Shown here: in pieces, positions 1 through 10,053 of the stretch
Layout: every line of letters starts with the position of its first letter
Numbering within the stretch: the first letter of the stretch is position 1
Assembly: GCA_934096555.1 (NCBI GenBank)
Contig: CAKOMD010000004.1
Coordinates: 12,792 to 76,791, forward strand
DNA: 64,000 nt
Direction of reading: 5' to 3'
Source: an uncultured Bacilli bacterium
GTDB taxonomy: Bacteria > Bacillota_I > Bacilli_A > RF39 > UBA660
Notes under the pieces: generated by a model
Seen by the model: only the letters and a program-made list of their open reading frames with translations
What the model was told of the DNA's origin: nothing
The model's database searches: none
Position numbers and translations under genes: made by a program

Positions 1-211
1 CATCTAACATTTTGTCACTGTCTAAGCCTAAATATTTAGCATAGTCTCTAATAAAATACTTTAGGTAGAATATGTCTTTGAAGTCATCTTTTCTTCCTTC
101 TTCAATACTCTCTATTTGTGAAGGTCTTAGTTTTAAGTCTTCAGCCACTTCATCAATAGATAAACCATTTTGTATTCTTTTTTCTTTTAGTTTCAGTCCA
201 ATGTTTTTCAT
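1..211 (-). CDS. RodZ-like HTH protein, N-terminal 70 aa only (gene runs off the window edge)
   Basis: Own reverse-strand translation MKNIGLKLKEKRIQNGLSIDEVAEDLKLRPSQIESIEEGRKDDFKDIFYLKYFIRDYAKYLGLDSDKMLD. XRE-type HTH followed by the Y..FIR.YA..LGLD pattern typical of RodZ/YmfM. RBS AGGAGAAG at 213-220. Absent from the ORF track because no stop lies in the window. Confidence 0.6.
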   Translation of the reverse strand, partial: MKNIGLKLKEKRIQNGLSIDEVAEDLKLRPSQIESIEEGRKDDFKDIFYLKYFIRDYAKYLGLDSDKMLD

Positions 212-224
212 ACTTCTCCTTAAT

Positions 225-582
225 AATAATAAATCTTATAAGCCATGTTCTGTACCTATTGCTAGGCGGTAAATATTTATCTATGACATAATGTCATTCT
301 TCTTTGGATTCTTGTTCTCCTTGGAAGATTCCCCTACCATATTTTGGGTTTCTCGCTTGCGGGGTTTACCTCGTTTCATTCTACGAATTTCTTCATAGAC
401 TCGTTTCTGTGGCACTTTATATCCATTTTATCATAGTTTCCCTTAGATAAAACGAACGCCGTCAGTTTCCTGCCTTAGGTTATTTTTTCCCTAAGCACAA
501 ACACTACTATCATCACAGATAGTGCGAGCATGGACTTTCCTCTACATAATTATATGCAGCATTTACCCAGATAAATTATTGT
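225..582 (-). ncRNA. rnpB: RNase P RNA (bacterial, Bacillus-like type B); ends approximate
   Basis: The reverse complement carries the universal blocks GAGGAAAGTCC (532-542), GTGCCACAGAAA, GGTAAACCCC, GCGAGAAACCCAAA and ACAGAACATGGCTTA in the order seen in B. subtilis rnpB. It sits next to gpsB as in Bacillus. No long ORF on this strand. Confidence 0.88.
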
Positions 583-899
583 TCTGATTTTCCTAAAATT
601 ATCTTCTCTAACTGAGATATTCTTCTTAATAAATCAACATTTGTTATTTCTTTTTCGCCAATTCTAGCAGCTTCAATACTTGATCTTAAATTTCTTGCTT
701 CATTTTTTAGATTTTGGTTTTCAAGAGCAAGGGCCCTTTTTTCTTTTTCTAGGTTTTTTATAATATTATTATATTCATTATAATCTTTAATAATAATATC
801 TAAAAATTTGTCTACTTCTTGCGGTCTATATCCTCTGGCATCTATTTTGAATTCCTTCTCTAAAATATCTTGCATAGTTAAAGTAATTCTATCATTCAT
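576..899 (-). CDS. gpsB: Cell-cycle protein GpsB (DivIVA-domain)
   Basis: 107 aa. N-terminal DivIVA motif ILEKEFK..ARGYRPQEVDKFLD, a coiled coil, and the C-terminal NVDLLRRISQLEKIILG tail typical of GpsB. Confidence 0.8.
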   Translation of the reverse strand: MNDRITLTMQDILEKEFKIDARGYRPQEVDKFLDIIIKDYNEYNNIIKNLEKEKRALALENQNLKNEARNLRSSIEAARIGEKEITNVDLLRRISQLEKIILGKSEQ

Positions 900-1063
900 T
901 TAAACCACCTCTATAATAAAATTATCTCAAAAAAAATATTATTTGTCAATTAAAAAGAAGTTCTTTTTAACTAGTTATAATTCTACCACAAATATGTAAT
1001 AATGTCAAAAAAATATGGTAGAAAAATTTTACCAGTTTTTTAAATAAAAATAAGTACCATAGT

Positions 1064-2863
1064 TTATAGGTACTTATCTATTATTTCTAGTAATTTATCT
1101 TTGTTTATTGGTTTTAAAAGGTAACCATCAAAACCATATTTTAGATATTCTTCATTATATTCGTATTCGTTATTTCTGGTTAATAATATGACTTTGGTAT
1201 TGAAATCTCTGATATCTTTAAATTTTTTCATAACTGTCTTTCCATCTAGTGGATTCATTACTTCATCTAATAGGATTAGGTCATATTTTTCTTTGTTTCT
1301 GATTTTATCTAGGGCTTCTTTGCCTAGACTTACATAATCTAATTCTATATTGGTGTCTTTTAGTAATTTACTTATTATCTTATTAGTGGAAACATTGTCA
1401 TCTACAAGTAGAATTCTTTTTTTATCATAGGTATTTTCATATTTAGTTAGCTTTTCATTATCTGATTCTCCTAGTTTCTGGTCTAAAACTATTTTCATTG
1501 TGGTACCCTCATTATAATTACTACTGGCAATGATAGTACCACCCATTAAGGTAATTAATTTTTTTGCTGTATATAAATTACTCTTAATATTACTTCCATC
1601 TATTTCTTCTCTATTTTTATAAAAGATGGTATTTAATTTATCGGGAGTTATACCAATACCGGAATCCTCCACTGTTATTATTAGTCTTGCTATATTATTT
1701 TTTATAATGGTACTTACATTTAACTCTACATAACCATTACTTGTATATTTAACACTATTATCTAGAATACTAGTTAGTACATTTTTAAGTCCGAGACTAT
1801 CACCATATAGATATTCTGGCAAAGTACTATCAATATCACTTCTGAAAGCTAGATTTTTTTCTTTGCATTTATCATTATATAATGTTACTAATCTTCTTAG
1901 TAATAGTTTTATATTATACTTTTCATCATAAACTTTGATACTTGCATTATCTATACTAGATACATCTAATATTTCATTAGTCATTGTGGTAAATCTAGCG
2001 GTATTTTCTTTAATGCCTCTTAAGCATTCACTCATATAGTCTTTGTCTATTTTTTTACTATCTAATTCAAGTATAGCATTATTGGCATCATTATTTATAT
2101 CTTTAGTAATTGCTCTTATATCGTTAGTCATATTATATAGAAACATTGTTTTATCTTCATTAGCGTTATCGGCAATTTCTTTAGCTTTATGATATTCCTC
2201 AATCATTTTTACATCGGGGTTTTCAATAGTGAAGTACATTATAAATGTTATGAAAGCATGAATTGGTGTAGCAAGTAATAAACCAGGGTTCATATACTGA
2301 ATATAAGATGCAACACCACCCACTAATAAAAATAATAATATTGGAAAGAAACGTCTATCTTTAATATTTTTGATATTTCTTATTAGTGCAAAAATACCAA
2401 TAAAGGAGTACAAAAAGGCTGATATATATATAATGTTAACACTTGGACCATAAGTATATGCTATATAACCATCATATTTAAAATTAAGTGGTAAGATAAA
2501 ATTTAATGTAGCAAATATTATCATTAATACTATTGCTGTATTCCTTACCATAGGAATATATTTATCTTTTTTTCTTATATTAAGACAGACAAATAAAACA
2601 TAACATAGTAAAATAGTTATCCAAAGTTCTACTACTAATGAATAGAATCTTGCTACAAAATAACTTACTTTAGGAATAGTTTGATACATTGGTCCTACTA
2701 TGTCCAAAACAAATTCTAACAAAAGTTCAAAAAAGGAAACGCCAACAAGTATTGAATATACTTTATTTTCTTTACTTTTATAGACTTGTTTTCTAAAGTA
2801 AACTATAAGTAGTAGTACTGAATAAAATATTGCTTCGATTAAGAAATATATTCCTGTATACAT
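1064..2863 (-). CDS. Polytopic hybrid histidine-kinase-like protein with C-terminal receiver domain; H-box His replaced by Asn
   Basis: About 6-7 N-terminal TM helices. DHp-like FLYNMTNDIR (canonical FLANMSHEIR). N-box LDNSVKYT and G1 DSGIGI are present, the G2 GxGLG box is absent. REC residues VDDN / LILLDEVM / LLT / LLKP are intact. Confidence 0.7.
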   Translation of the reverse strand: MYTGIYFLIEAIFYSVLLLIVYFRKQVYKSKENKVYSILVGVSFFELLLEFVLDIVGPMYQTIPKVSYFVARFYSLVVELWITILLCYVLFVCLNIRKKDKYIPMVRNTAIVLMIIFATLNFILPLNFKYDGYIAYTYGPSVNIIYISAFLYSFIGIFALIRNIKNIKDRRFFPILLFLLVGGVASYIQYMNPGLLLATPIHAFITFIMYFTIENPDVKMIEEYHKAKEIADNANEDKTMFLYNMTNDIRAITKDINNDANNAILELDSKKIDKDYMSECLRGIKENTARFTTMTNEILDVSSIDNASIKVYDEKYNIKLLLRRLVTLYNDKCKEKNLAFRSDIDSTLPEYLYGDSLGLKNVLTSILDNSVKYTSNGYVELNVSTIIKNNIARLIITVEDSGIGITPDKLNTIFYKNREEIDGSNIKSNLYTAKKLITLMGGTIIASSNYNEGTTMKIVLDQKLGESDNEKLTKYENTYDKKRILLVDDNVSTNKIISKLLKDTNIELDYVSLGKEALDKIRNKEKYDLILLDEVMNPLDGKTVMKKFKDIRDFNTKVILLTRNNEYEYNEEYLKYGFDGYLLKPINKDKLLEIIDKYL

Positions 2864-2937
2864 AAAACCAACTCCTTATTTTTCTATAATTAGTATACAA
2901 AAATTTTTACTTTTTTACAATAGAAAAAGAAGAAAAA

Positions 2938-4683
2938 TTATTTTAGTTCTTTCTTCTTTGATTTGGTATTAGCTTCTTCTTTAGCCATTTCTTCAAGTAA
3001 AGTATAATTTACTTTATCTGCTTTAGTTAATGGTAGTTCATCTAAGAATTCTATACTTTCTGGCACTTCAAATGGTTTTAACTGAATAGTCTCTCCTGCT
3101 GCACTATTATATATTGGTTTATAACATTCACTCATAATATAATCACTTATTTCTTTAGTAGGCATTATACCATCTTTTAGTACTACATAGGCTTTATTTG
3201 TAAATAGTAAGTCTTTATCAGGCTTTGGCACAACACAGCAAGCTTCTACTACATCGATTAGTGATACAAAACTTTGAATATGTCCTAAATATACTTTATT
3301 TAAATCAGATCTTATATAATATCTAGAATTTCTTCCAGTTAATTTAAAATATCCATCTTCATCTAAAGTTCCCATATTACCTGTTTTATAATACTCTCTA
3401 CCTTTATAATTAAATTTTGTTTCTTTAGTTTTTTCTTCATCATTATAGTAGCATTTAAATACATGTTTACCAGATTGACATAGCATTCCTTCTTTACCAT
3501 AGTCCAATTCTTCCATCGTATTAGGATCTACTATAATTGACTTAGGACCCACAAGTACCCTACCTACTGTTTCAGGTCTGTTTATAGAACCAACGGCCAT
3601 GGTATTGGTACCACATGTTTCGGCATTTCCTGAGCCATTGCATATAATAACATTGGCATCATGTTTTTTAAAGAAGACTACACCTTCAGCATTTTGTGAT
3701 GGAGTTAAAAAGTCACCGCCTGATACAAAAGTATGAACTGATGATAAATTATCTTCTGGTAATGAATTTCTTTTTATTAGTTCTAGAAGAGCTGGACTAC
3801 CAAAAATGTAATTTGGATATTTAGACAAATAATATCTGATGTTATCTTTGGTTAAATTTGGAGCAAGTATTCCTGTTCTACCGCATAATAAGCTCATTAC
3901 TGTAGATGTGTCTAGGCCGTATGGATAAGAAAATGGTACACATACTAAACATCTTTCTCCAGGCTCCGCTTTTATTTTTCCAGTATTCTTCATGTAAATT
4001 CCTGAAGCTAAGATATTTTCATTTGTTAGAACAACACTTTTAGGATTACCTGTTGAACCGCTTGTAAATAATATTTGAGCATCATTTTTACCACTATAAA
4101 GTGTATAAATAGGCTTTTTATAATAATTTGATATTTTACCTATATCACTAAATGTTAAAAAGTTATTATATCCATTAGCACTAGTAATTATATTTTTGTA
4201 ATTCTTGGTATTTATTTCATTTTGTTTTAATGTAAGAATATTTTTTACTCTACTACTGGTAGTAATCTTCTTGTTATATTCATTATCTTTATCGTAGTTT
4301 ATAAATAATGTTGATTCGAATTCATTTAAGTACCCTAGTACCTCTTCGATTGATGACATTGAATTAATAAATGTGGTTATAGCTCCTATGCGGTTGGCTG
4401 CAAGAAATGTTATTACCCCTTGATAGTAATTAGGCATTGATACAGATATTATATCTCCTTTTTTTATTCCTAATTCCTTTAAAGCTTTAGACATAGTTAT
4501 AGCATCTTTTAACATCTCATCATAACTTACTGTTAAATCTAAACAATCAATTGCTTCGACATTTCTATAAAATGTACTAAGTAAACTGATGGCATTATAA
4601 ATACTTAGATTTGGTATAATAGGATGTCTTTCTGAGAAACTATAGTCATCATTTATAGTTCTATGTTCTGTAGTTTTTTTCAT
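2938..4683 (-). CDS. AMP-dependent synthetase/ligase (acyl/aryl-CoA ligase family)
   Basis: 581 aa with the AMP-binding signature LFTSGSTGNPKSVVL, a YKTGN.G motif and a C-terminal lysine region. Substrate unknown. Confidence 0.75.
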   Translation of the reverse strand: MKKTTEHRTINDDYSFSERHPIIPNLSIYNAISLLSTFYRNVEAIDCLDLTVSYDEMLKDAITMSKALKELGIKKGDIISVSMPNYYQGVITFLAANRIGAITTFINSMSSIEEVLGYLNEFESTLFINYDKDNEYNKKITTSSRVKNILTLKQNEINTKNYKNIITSANGYNNFLTFSDIGKISNYYKKPIYTLYSGKNDAQILFTSGSTGNPKSVVLTNENILASGIYMKNTGKIKAEPGERCLVCVPFSYPYGLDTSTVMSLLCGRTGILAPNLTKDNIRYYLSKYPNYIFGSPALLELIKRNSLPEDNLSSVHTFVSGGDFLTPSQNAEGVVFFKKHDANVIICNGSGNAETCGTNTMAVGSINRPETVGRVLVGPKSIIVDPNTMEELDYGKEGMLCQSGKHVFKCYYNDEEKTKETKFNYKGREYYKTGNMGTLDEDGYFKLTGRNSRYYIRSDLNKVYLGHIQSFVSLIDVVEACCVVPKPDKDLLFTNKAYVVLKDGIMPTKEISDYIMSECYKPIYNSAAGETIQLKPFEVPESIEFLDELPLTKADKVNYTLLEEMAKEEANTKSKKKELK

Positions 4684-4775
4684 ATAATCACTCTCCCTTT
4701 TTTACGGCAATATTATATAATAAATTTATTAAATTGTAAAGAAGAAGTTTATAATCAAAAATGATAGAAGACAAA

Positions 4776-6128
4776 CTATCTTCTACCACTTACTTTGTGT
4801 TCTTTTTCCTCATTTGCCACAATATTGCTGATTAGACTATCTTCTTGAGACTCATTTTCTTTTAATTTTCTTATTAGTAATTCTGATGGGACAATAAATC
4901 CTAGTTCGCTTCTGTAACCTGATGTATTTGTAAATCCTGATAAATCTTTCTCATCTACAAATTTCTTTATGGCACCATGCATTTGTTTATCACCATATTT
5001 TATTTTTGTCTCAATAGCGGCATTTATTAGTGCATCATAACCCATTTCTAATAAATATTCTTGTAGTACTTCTTTAGGATAATATTTATCTATCATATAT
5101 CTTATTTTATTATTTATAGTAAAGGCTCTTATATTATCCCTATCTATATAATCCATTATTACTCTGTGTAAATATTCTATGCTGTTGTTTATTTTATCAC
5201 TGGCATCATAACTATTTTTTAATGCTACGAATATTTCTCTTAGGGCTTTTTTCTTTATTTCTACTAATTCATCACTAGTATATTCATACTTATCTCCAGG
5301 TCTAAACTTTTTCATTTTTTGATATTCTTCAATATCTTCTAGTGATAAGTCACTTTCTATATTTTTCTTTATCATACCTGAAACTAGTACAAAATCTTGA
5401 TACATTCGCATATCTTTTAAATCATATAATAAGTAATAATAATGCCAATTTTTTCCTTCAAAATTACTTAATTCTTCTTTTATAAAGTTAGCAAAATCTC
5501 TCGTTGTCACTAGATGTAATGTACCATTCATTTTTTTATCATATAAATATTTATCTAGTAATTTAGCTAATACTCGATTATATGATATTTGACCATCAAT
5601 ACATGTATTTATTCCTTGTACTTCTGGTATAAATGGATTACCTGTATTTAAGTCTTTTTTATGTTTTTTTACTGCATACTCTATGATTTCGTTTATGTCT
5701 TCTTTATTGGTAGTCCTAATTGTTAGGGTATCATTAGCATGAAAATTTCTTACTTTACACTGCATAGCAATTTTCTTTTTTATGGCAAAATCTATTATTG
5801 ATGTTGCTACTTTATATACTTTTGAAGTCTCTAGTGGTAAGTATATTTTTATTCCATCTCCCATAGCAAACATATTTTCATATTCTTCACTGCTATTGGG
5901 AGTATCTATAACTAGAAAATTAGGAAATGGTGTTACTCTTAATTTTTTCTTTTTTTCATCTTTGATGTAATCGTTTCTTATTTTGGTTTGAGCCCCTAGT
6001 AGGCTTTCACCAGTACTATTGCGGTTATTTATATAATTGCTTATTGTTTTATCGTCTGGACAAGGAGTATTTTGATAGATAGAAGATAATTTATTTAATA
6101 TTTCTTCTCTTTCTATGCCTCTACTCAC
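4776..6128 (-). CDS. Hypothetical 450-aa protein, GTG start without a clear RBS
   Basis: Long ORF with coding-like composition and no motif I can name. Its start overlaps the stop of the 28-codon ORF 6121-6207 (GTGAGTAG). Confidence 0.55.
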   Translation of the reverse strand: MSRGIEREEILNKLSSIYQNTPCPDDKTISNYINNRNSTGESLLGAQTKIRNDYIKDEKKKKLRVTPFPNFLVIDTPNSSEEYENMFAMGDGIKIYLPLETSKVYKVATSIIDFAIKKKIAMQCKVRNFHANDTLTIRTTNKEDINEIIEYAVKKHKKDLNTGNPFIPEVQGINTCIDGQISYNRVLAKLLDKYLYDKKMNGTLHLVTTRDFANFIKEELSNFEGKNWHYYYLLYDLKDMRMYQDFVLVSGMIKKNIESDLSLEDIEEYQKMKKFRPGDKYEYTSDELVEIKKKALREIFVALKNSYDASDKINNSIEYLHRVIMDYIDRDNIRAFTINNKIRYMIDKYYPKEVLQEYLLEMGYDALINAAIETKIKYGDKQMHGAIKKFVDEKDLSGFTNTSGYRSELGFIVPSELLIRKLKENESQEDSLISNIVANEEKEHKVSGRR

Positions 6129-6207
6129 TGTCTTTTATTTCCTTTACAATTTCTGTTAAATCTATTGTGTCTTCAAGAAATATTATTCTTTCTTTACTTT
6201 CTTCCAT
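6121..6207 (-). CDS. 28-codon acidic ORF (MEESKERIIFLEDTIDLTEIVKEIKDSE), or the true 5' end of the 450-aa gene separated by a frameshift
   Basis: The ATG lies 3 nt after the PFOR stop, with a GAGGAG RBS inside the PFOR 3' end. Its TAG overlaps the GTG start of 4776-6128. Confidence 0.35.
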   Translation of the reverse strand: MEESKERIIFLEDTIDLTEIVKEIKDSE

Positions 6208-6210
6208 ATT

Positions 6211-9200
6211 TTACTCCTCACTTATCTTTTTGTAATAATTATATCTATCTATAGCCCACTGTTTTTGCTCTTCTAATAATAGACTGGCACGTTCTTTATC
6301 TTTTCTTACTAGGCTAGCGAATCTGTTTTCAGTCATTAAATAATCCTCATATTTATCAAATTCTGGTTCTTTAGAATCTAGGCTAAATTTCTTTGTATCT
6401 GGATTATATCTGAATGTTAAGAAATATCCACATTTAGTGGCAAGATAACCATTTGATTGTGAATGTTGCATACCTGTTTTGATACCATGTTCAATACATG
6501 GAGAATAAGCTATTATTAATGATGGACCATTATGAAGGCTAGCTTCTTTGATAGCTTTTAGATATTGTTCTTTGTTATAACCTATATTTACTGAGGCTAC
6601 ATATACATGTGGATAGCACATTGCTATTCTAGCTAAATCTTTCTTATAATTATCTTTACCATTTGATGTAAATGATGCTACTGAGCCGATATTTGATGAT
6701 TTTGATGATTGTCCTCCAGTATTTGAATATACTTCAGTATCAAGTACTAGAATATTTATATTATCTTTCTTTGATAGTACATGATCTAGACCGCCATATC
6801 CAATATCATAGGCAAAGCCATCTCCTCCTAGAACCCATAACTGTTTAGGCACGATATAATCTTTCATGTCATTTAAATATGGATGTTTTTTATAATCAAT
6901 GCTTTCTTTTACTTCTTTGCAGATATCATAGTTATCCATATTTTCTATCCATTTTTTAAATAGTTTATTTCTTGGATATTCTTTCATGTATTTTTTTATT
7001 TTATCTCTTTTGATATTTATACCTTGAAGAATACCATAGCCATATTCGGTATTATCTTCAAATAGTGAACTAGCCCAAGGTATACTATATGGCATACTTG
7101 GAACTGATCCAGAATATATTGAAGAACAACCTGTAGCATTGGCTATTATTAGATTATCATTAAATACTCTGGTTAAATTTGTTATATATGGTGTTTCTCC
7201 GCAGCCTGCACAAGCTCCAGAATATTCAAATTTTGGCTCTTTGAAACTTACATTCTTTACTGTTAATAAATTGCTTTGATATTTATCATTAGCATTGTTT
7301 TTAAGTAGATATTCAAAATTACTTTCTTTATCTTTATTTGGTACCATTTCCAAGGCTTTCTTACCTAGTTTTCCTGGACAAGCTAAGGCACATACACCAC
7401 AGCCTGTACACTGTTCATAATTTATTCCAATAGTAAATTCTTTATCTTTTGGTATAAATGATGGTATACTTTCTACTTTGCTATCTTTTTTATCTAGAAG
7501 GAATGGTCTTATTACACCATGTGGACAAGAGAATGCACACTGATTACATTCTATACAGTTTTCACTTATCCAGCAAGGAACTTCTTCGGCAATGTTTCTT
7601 TTTTCTTCTTTAGTAGTGGTTCCTTCAAAAATACCTTCTTTATTTTTTATAAAACTACTTACTGGTAATGTATCTCCTTTAAGTAAATTTATACTTTCAT
7701 TAAAGGTTAATTTTTTATTATCTTTGTATTCTAAATCTTTCCATTCTTCTGGTACTTCAAAAGTAGTTAGATATTCTAGAGAATTATCTATTATTTTATT
7801 ATTTATTTCTACGATTTTATCTCCTTTAGAGGCAAATCTTAGTTTATTATTTTCCTTTAGTATTTTTATTACTTTATTTATATCATAGATATTCATTATT
7901 TTAAATATACATACTTCCATACAAGTATTTATTTTATTCTTTAATCCTAGAGAGTTGGCTATTTTATAAGCATCTATTATGTATACTTTGATATTTTTAT
8001 CTTTTAATAGTCTCTTTACTTTGTTTGGTAATGTTTTTGCAAAGTCTTCTTTACTTAGACTAGTATTTAATAGTAGTATTCCATTTTGTTTTAGGTTATC
8101 TATGATATCATATTTATAAATATATGTATCTTTTGATACTACAATGAAATCTGGATTATCGATGTAATAGGTGCTTTTTATTGGACTCTCAGAAATACGA
8201 AGATGACTTCGAGTTACTCCTCCAGATTTTTTGGAATCATATTGAAAATATCCTTGAACATATTTTGGAGTGGCATCTCCGATTACTTTTAGAATATCTT
8301 TTGATGTTCCAACCATTCCATCTGAACCATAACCATATATTAGTATTTGGTAATTATGATTATCTAATTTAAAATTATTATCTACATCAAGACTCAAATT
8401 GGTTACATCATCATTTATACCAATAGTAAAATTATTCTTCATATCTTTATTTAGGTTATCATAAACTGCTTTTATCATACTTGGAGTTGTATTTTTAGAG
8501 GACAATCCATATCTTCCTCCGATTACTTTGATATTAGTATCTTTTAAGGCATTAACAACATCTAGATATAGAGGTTCACCTGAAGAGCCTGGCTCTTTAG
8601 TACGATCTAGTACTGTGACTTTTTCTACTGTACTTGGTAATACCTCAAGTAAATGTTTAATACTAAATGGTCTATATAAATGAACTTTTATTAAACCAAC
8701 ATTATATCCATCTTTATTTAGTTTATCTATTGTCTCCTCGATACATTCGCATACTGAACCCATAGCTACAATTACTTCTTTAGCAGTGCTACTACCATAA
8801 TAGTTAAATGGTTTATAATCTTTCTTTACTATTTTACCTACTTTTTTCATGTAATCTATGGTAATATCTACAACATCTTCATAATATTTATTTCTTACCT
8901 CAGTATTTTGAAAGTAAATATCGTCATTTTCTGCTGTTCCTCTTTCATTTGGATTTTCATTACTTAAAGCTCTTTCTCTAAAATTTCTTAAGGCTTTTTT
9001 ATCTATAAGTGGCTCTAAGCGGGATAAGTCTACTTCTTTTACTTTATCTATTTCATGACTAGTTCTGAAGCCATCAAAGAAATTAACAAATGGTAATGAT
9101 GCTTTAATACTTGATAAATGGGCTATCATAGCCATATGATAGGCTTCTTCTACTGATGATGATGATAACATACATACACCGGTACTTCTTACGCTATAAA

Positions 9201-9585
9201 TATCTTGATGATCTCCAAAAATACTTAAGGAATGTGTAGATAAACTACGTGCAGCTACATGGATTACTCCGGGTAACATTTCTCCTGATAACTTGTATAA
9301 TGTAGGTATCATTAATAACAAACCTTGACTTGCTGTAAAAGTACTGGCTAAAATACCACTTTGTAAAGCACCATGAACTGTAGCTACCGCTCCAGCCTCT
9401 GACTGCATTTCTACTACTTTTACTCTATTTCCAAAAAAGTTTATTTCTCCGTTACTACTCAATACATCTATTTTTTCAGCCATTGGTGAAGCTGGAGTAA
9501 TTGGATATATTCCCGCTAGTTCAATAAATTTATAGGCTACTCTAGCTACGGCTTCATTGGCATCTAATACTTTATATTTAGTCAT
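6211..9585 (-). CDS. nifJ: Pyruvate:ferredoxin (flavodoxin) oxidoreductase, single-chain
   Basis: About 1124 aa. Two 4Fe-4S ferredoxin motifs (CIECNQCAFSCPHG, CTGCGVCALACPG), the TPP-binding region GGDGFAYDIGYGG, and the N-terminal LDANEAVARVAYKF. ATG at 9585 preferred over GTG at 9594. Confidence 0.9.
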   Translation of the reverse strand: MTKYKVLDANEAVARVAYKFIELAGIYPITPASPMAEKIDVLSSNGEINFFGNRVKVVEMQSEAGAVATVHGALQSGILASTFTASQGLLLMIPTLYKLSGEMLPGVIHVAARSLSTHSLSIFGDHQDIYSVRSTGVCMLSSSSVEEAYHMAMIAHLSSIKASLPFVNFFDGFRTSHEIDKVKEVDLSRLEPLIDKKALRNFRERALSNENPNERGTAENDDIYFQNTEVRNKYYEDVVDITIDYMKKVGKIVKKDYKPFNYYGSSTAKEVIVAMGSVCECIEETIDKLNKDGYNVGLIKVHLYRPFSIKHLLEVLPSTVEKVTVLDRTKEPGSSGEPLYLDVVNALKDTNIKVIGGRYGLSSKNTTPSMIKAVYDNLNKDMKNNFTIGINDDVTNLSLDVDNNFKLDNHNYQILIYGYGSDGMVGTSKDILKVIGDATPKYVQGYFQYDSKKSGGVTRSHLRISESPIKSTYYIDNPDFIVVSKDTYIYKYDIIDNLKQNGILLLNTSLSKEDFAKTLPNKVKRLLKDKNIKVYIIDAYKIANSLGLKNKINTCMEVCIFKIMNIYDINKVIKILKENNKLRFASKGDKIVEINNKIIDNSLEYLTTFEVPEEWKDLEYKDNKKLTFNESINLLKGDTLPVSSFIKNKEGIFEGTTTKEEKRNIAEEVPCWISENCIECNQCAFSCPHGVIRPFLLDKKDSKVESIPSFIPKDKEFTIGINYEQCTGCGVCALACPGKLGKKALEMVPNKDKESNFEYLLKNNANDKYQSNLLTVKNVSFKEPKFEYSGACAGCGETPYITNLTRVFNDNLIIANATGCSSIYSGSVPSMPYSIPWASSLFEDNTEYGYGILQGINIKRDKIKKYMKEYPRNKLFKKWIENMDNYDICKEVKESIDYKKHPYLNDMKDYIVPKQLWVLGGDGFAYDIGYGGLDHVLSKKDNINILVLDTEVYSNTGGQSSKSSNIGSVASFTSNGKDNYKKDLARIAMCYPHVYVASVNIGYNKEQYLKAIKEASLHNGPSLIIAYSPCIEHGIKTGMQHSQSNGYLATKCGYFLTFRYNPDTKKFSLDSKEPEFDKYEDYLMTENRFASLVRKDKERASLLLEEQKQWAIDRYNYYKKISEE

Positions 9586-9745
9586 ATGTATCACTCTTTT
9601 CTTATTATAACTATACGATATAATTTTATCATAAATGTATTAAAATAACAACTGAATATGTATAAGAAAAAAATTTTATTGCTTTTTTATTAAAATTATC
9701 ATATAATGTATATGGAAAGAGAAATTAGTCATAATAAAAATGGCT

Positions 9746-9768
9746 AACACCTATTTGCTAAAGGTGTT
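9746..9768 (-). terminator. Putative intrinsic terminator of the small-peptide transcript
   Basis: The minus-strand RNA reads AACACCU-UUAGCAAAU-AGGUGUU followed by AGCCAUUUUUAUU. It overlaps the 3' arm of the 12-nt long-range repeat. Confidence 0.45.
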
Positions 9769-9823
9769 CTCTTCAAACTGTTGTTATCGGAGCTACCCCC
9801 CCTGAGGTGCCCCGATTTTTTAT

Positions 9824-9901
9824 CTATTTTCTATGGCTACCTAGCACTATTAATGCTATGGTAACAAGAATAGTTAAAGCATACGCTATAACTAATTCCA
9901 T
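9824..9901 (-). CDS. 25-aa hydrophobic peptide MELVIAYALTILVTIALIVLGSHRK (type-I-toxin-like)
   Basis: Own translation. A very strong RBS GGGGGAGGAGG lies 9 nt upstream. One TM helix with a basic C-terminus. A dedicated promoter and terminator flank it. Confidence 0.5.
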   Translation of the reverse strand: MELVIAYALTILVTIALIVLGSHRK

Positions 9902-9904
9902 GTA

Positions 9905-9949
9905 CTAATAACCTCCTCCCCCTAAGGTTAAGAAATTACTTTCTATCAT
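9905..9949 (-). CDS. 14-codon leader ORF MIESNFLTLGGGGY whose Gly codons encode the RBS of the downstream peptide
   Basis: RBS GGAAGGAGAGGTGAT, then 3 nt, then ATG. The stop TAG lies 3 nt before the ATG of 9824-9901. Confidence 0.3.
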   Translation of the reverse strand: MIESNFLTLGGGGY

Positions 9950-10023
9950 AAAATCACCTCTCCTTCCAAAGTAAATATACCCTAGAAAAAGAAGAGAACA
10001 CCATAAGTATTAACCACGCCAAC

Positions 10024-10053
10024 ATTATATACTAGTTTAAATACTATAGTCAA
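10024..10053 (-). promoter_or_regulatory. Near-consensus sigma-A promoter for the small-peptide transcript
   Basis: Minus strand reads TTGACT (10053-10048), then 16-18 nt, then TATATAAT (about 10031-10024), depending on which hexamer is used. Confidence 0.5.

Noticed and set aside
72-272. 66-aa plus-strand ORF from the track
   Set aside because: It lies antisense to the RodZ-like coding region and runs into the RNase P RNA. Its composition is low-complexity Ser/Phe/Leu, typical of antisense frames in AT-rich DNA, and it has no RBS.
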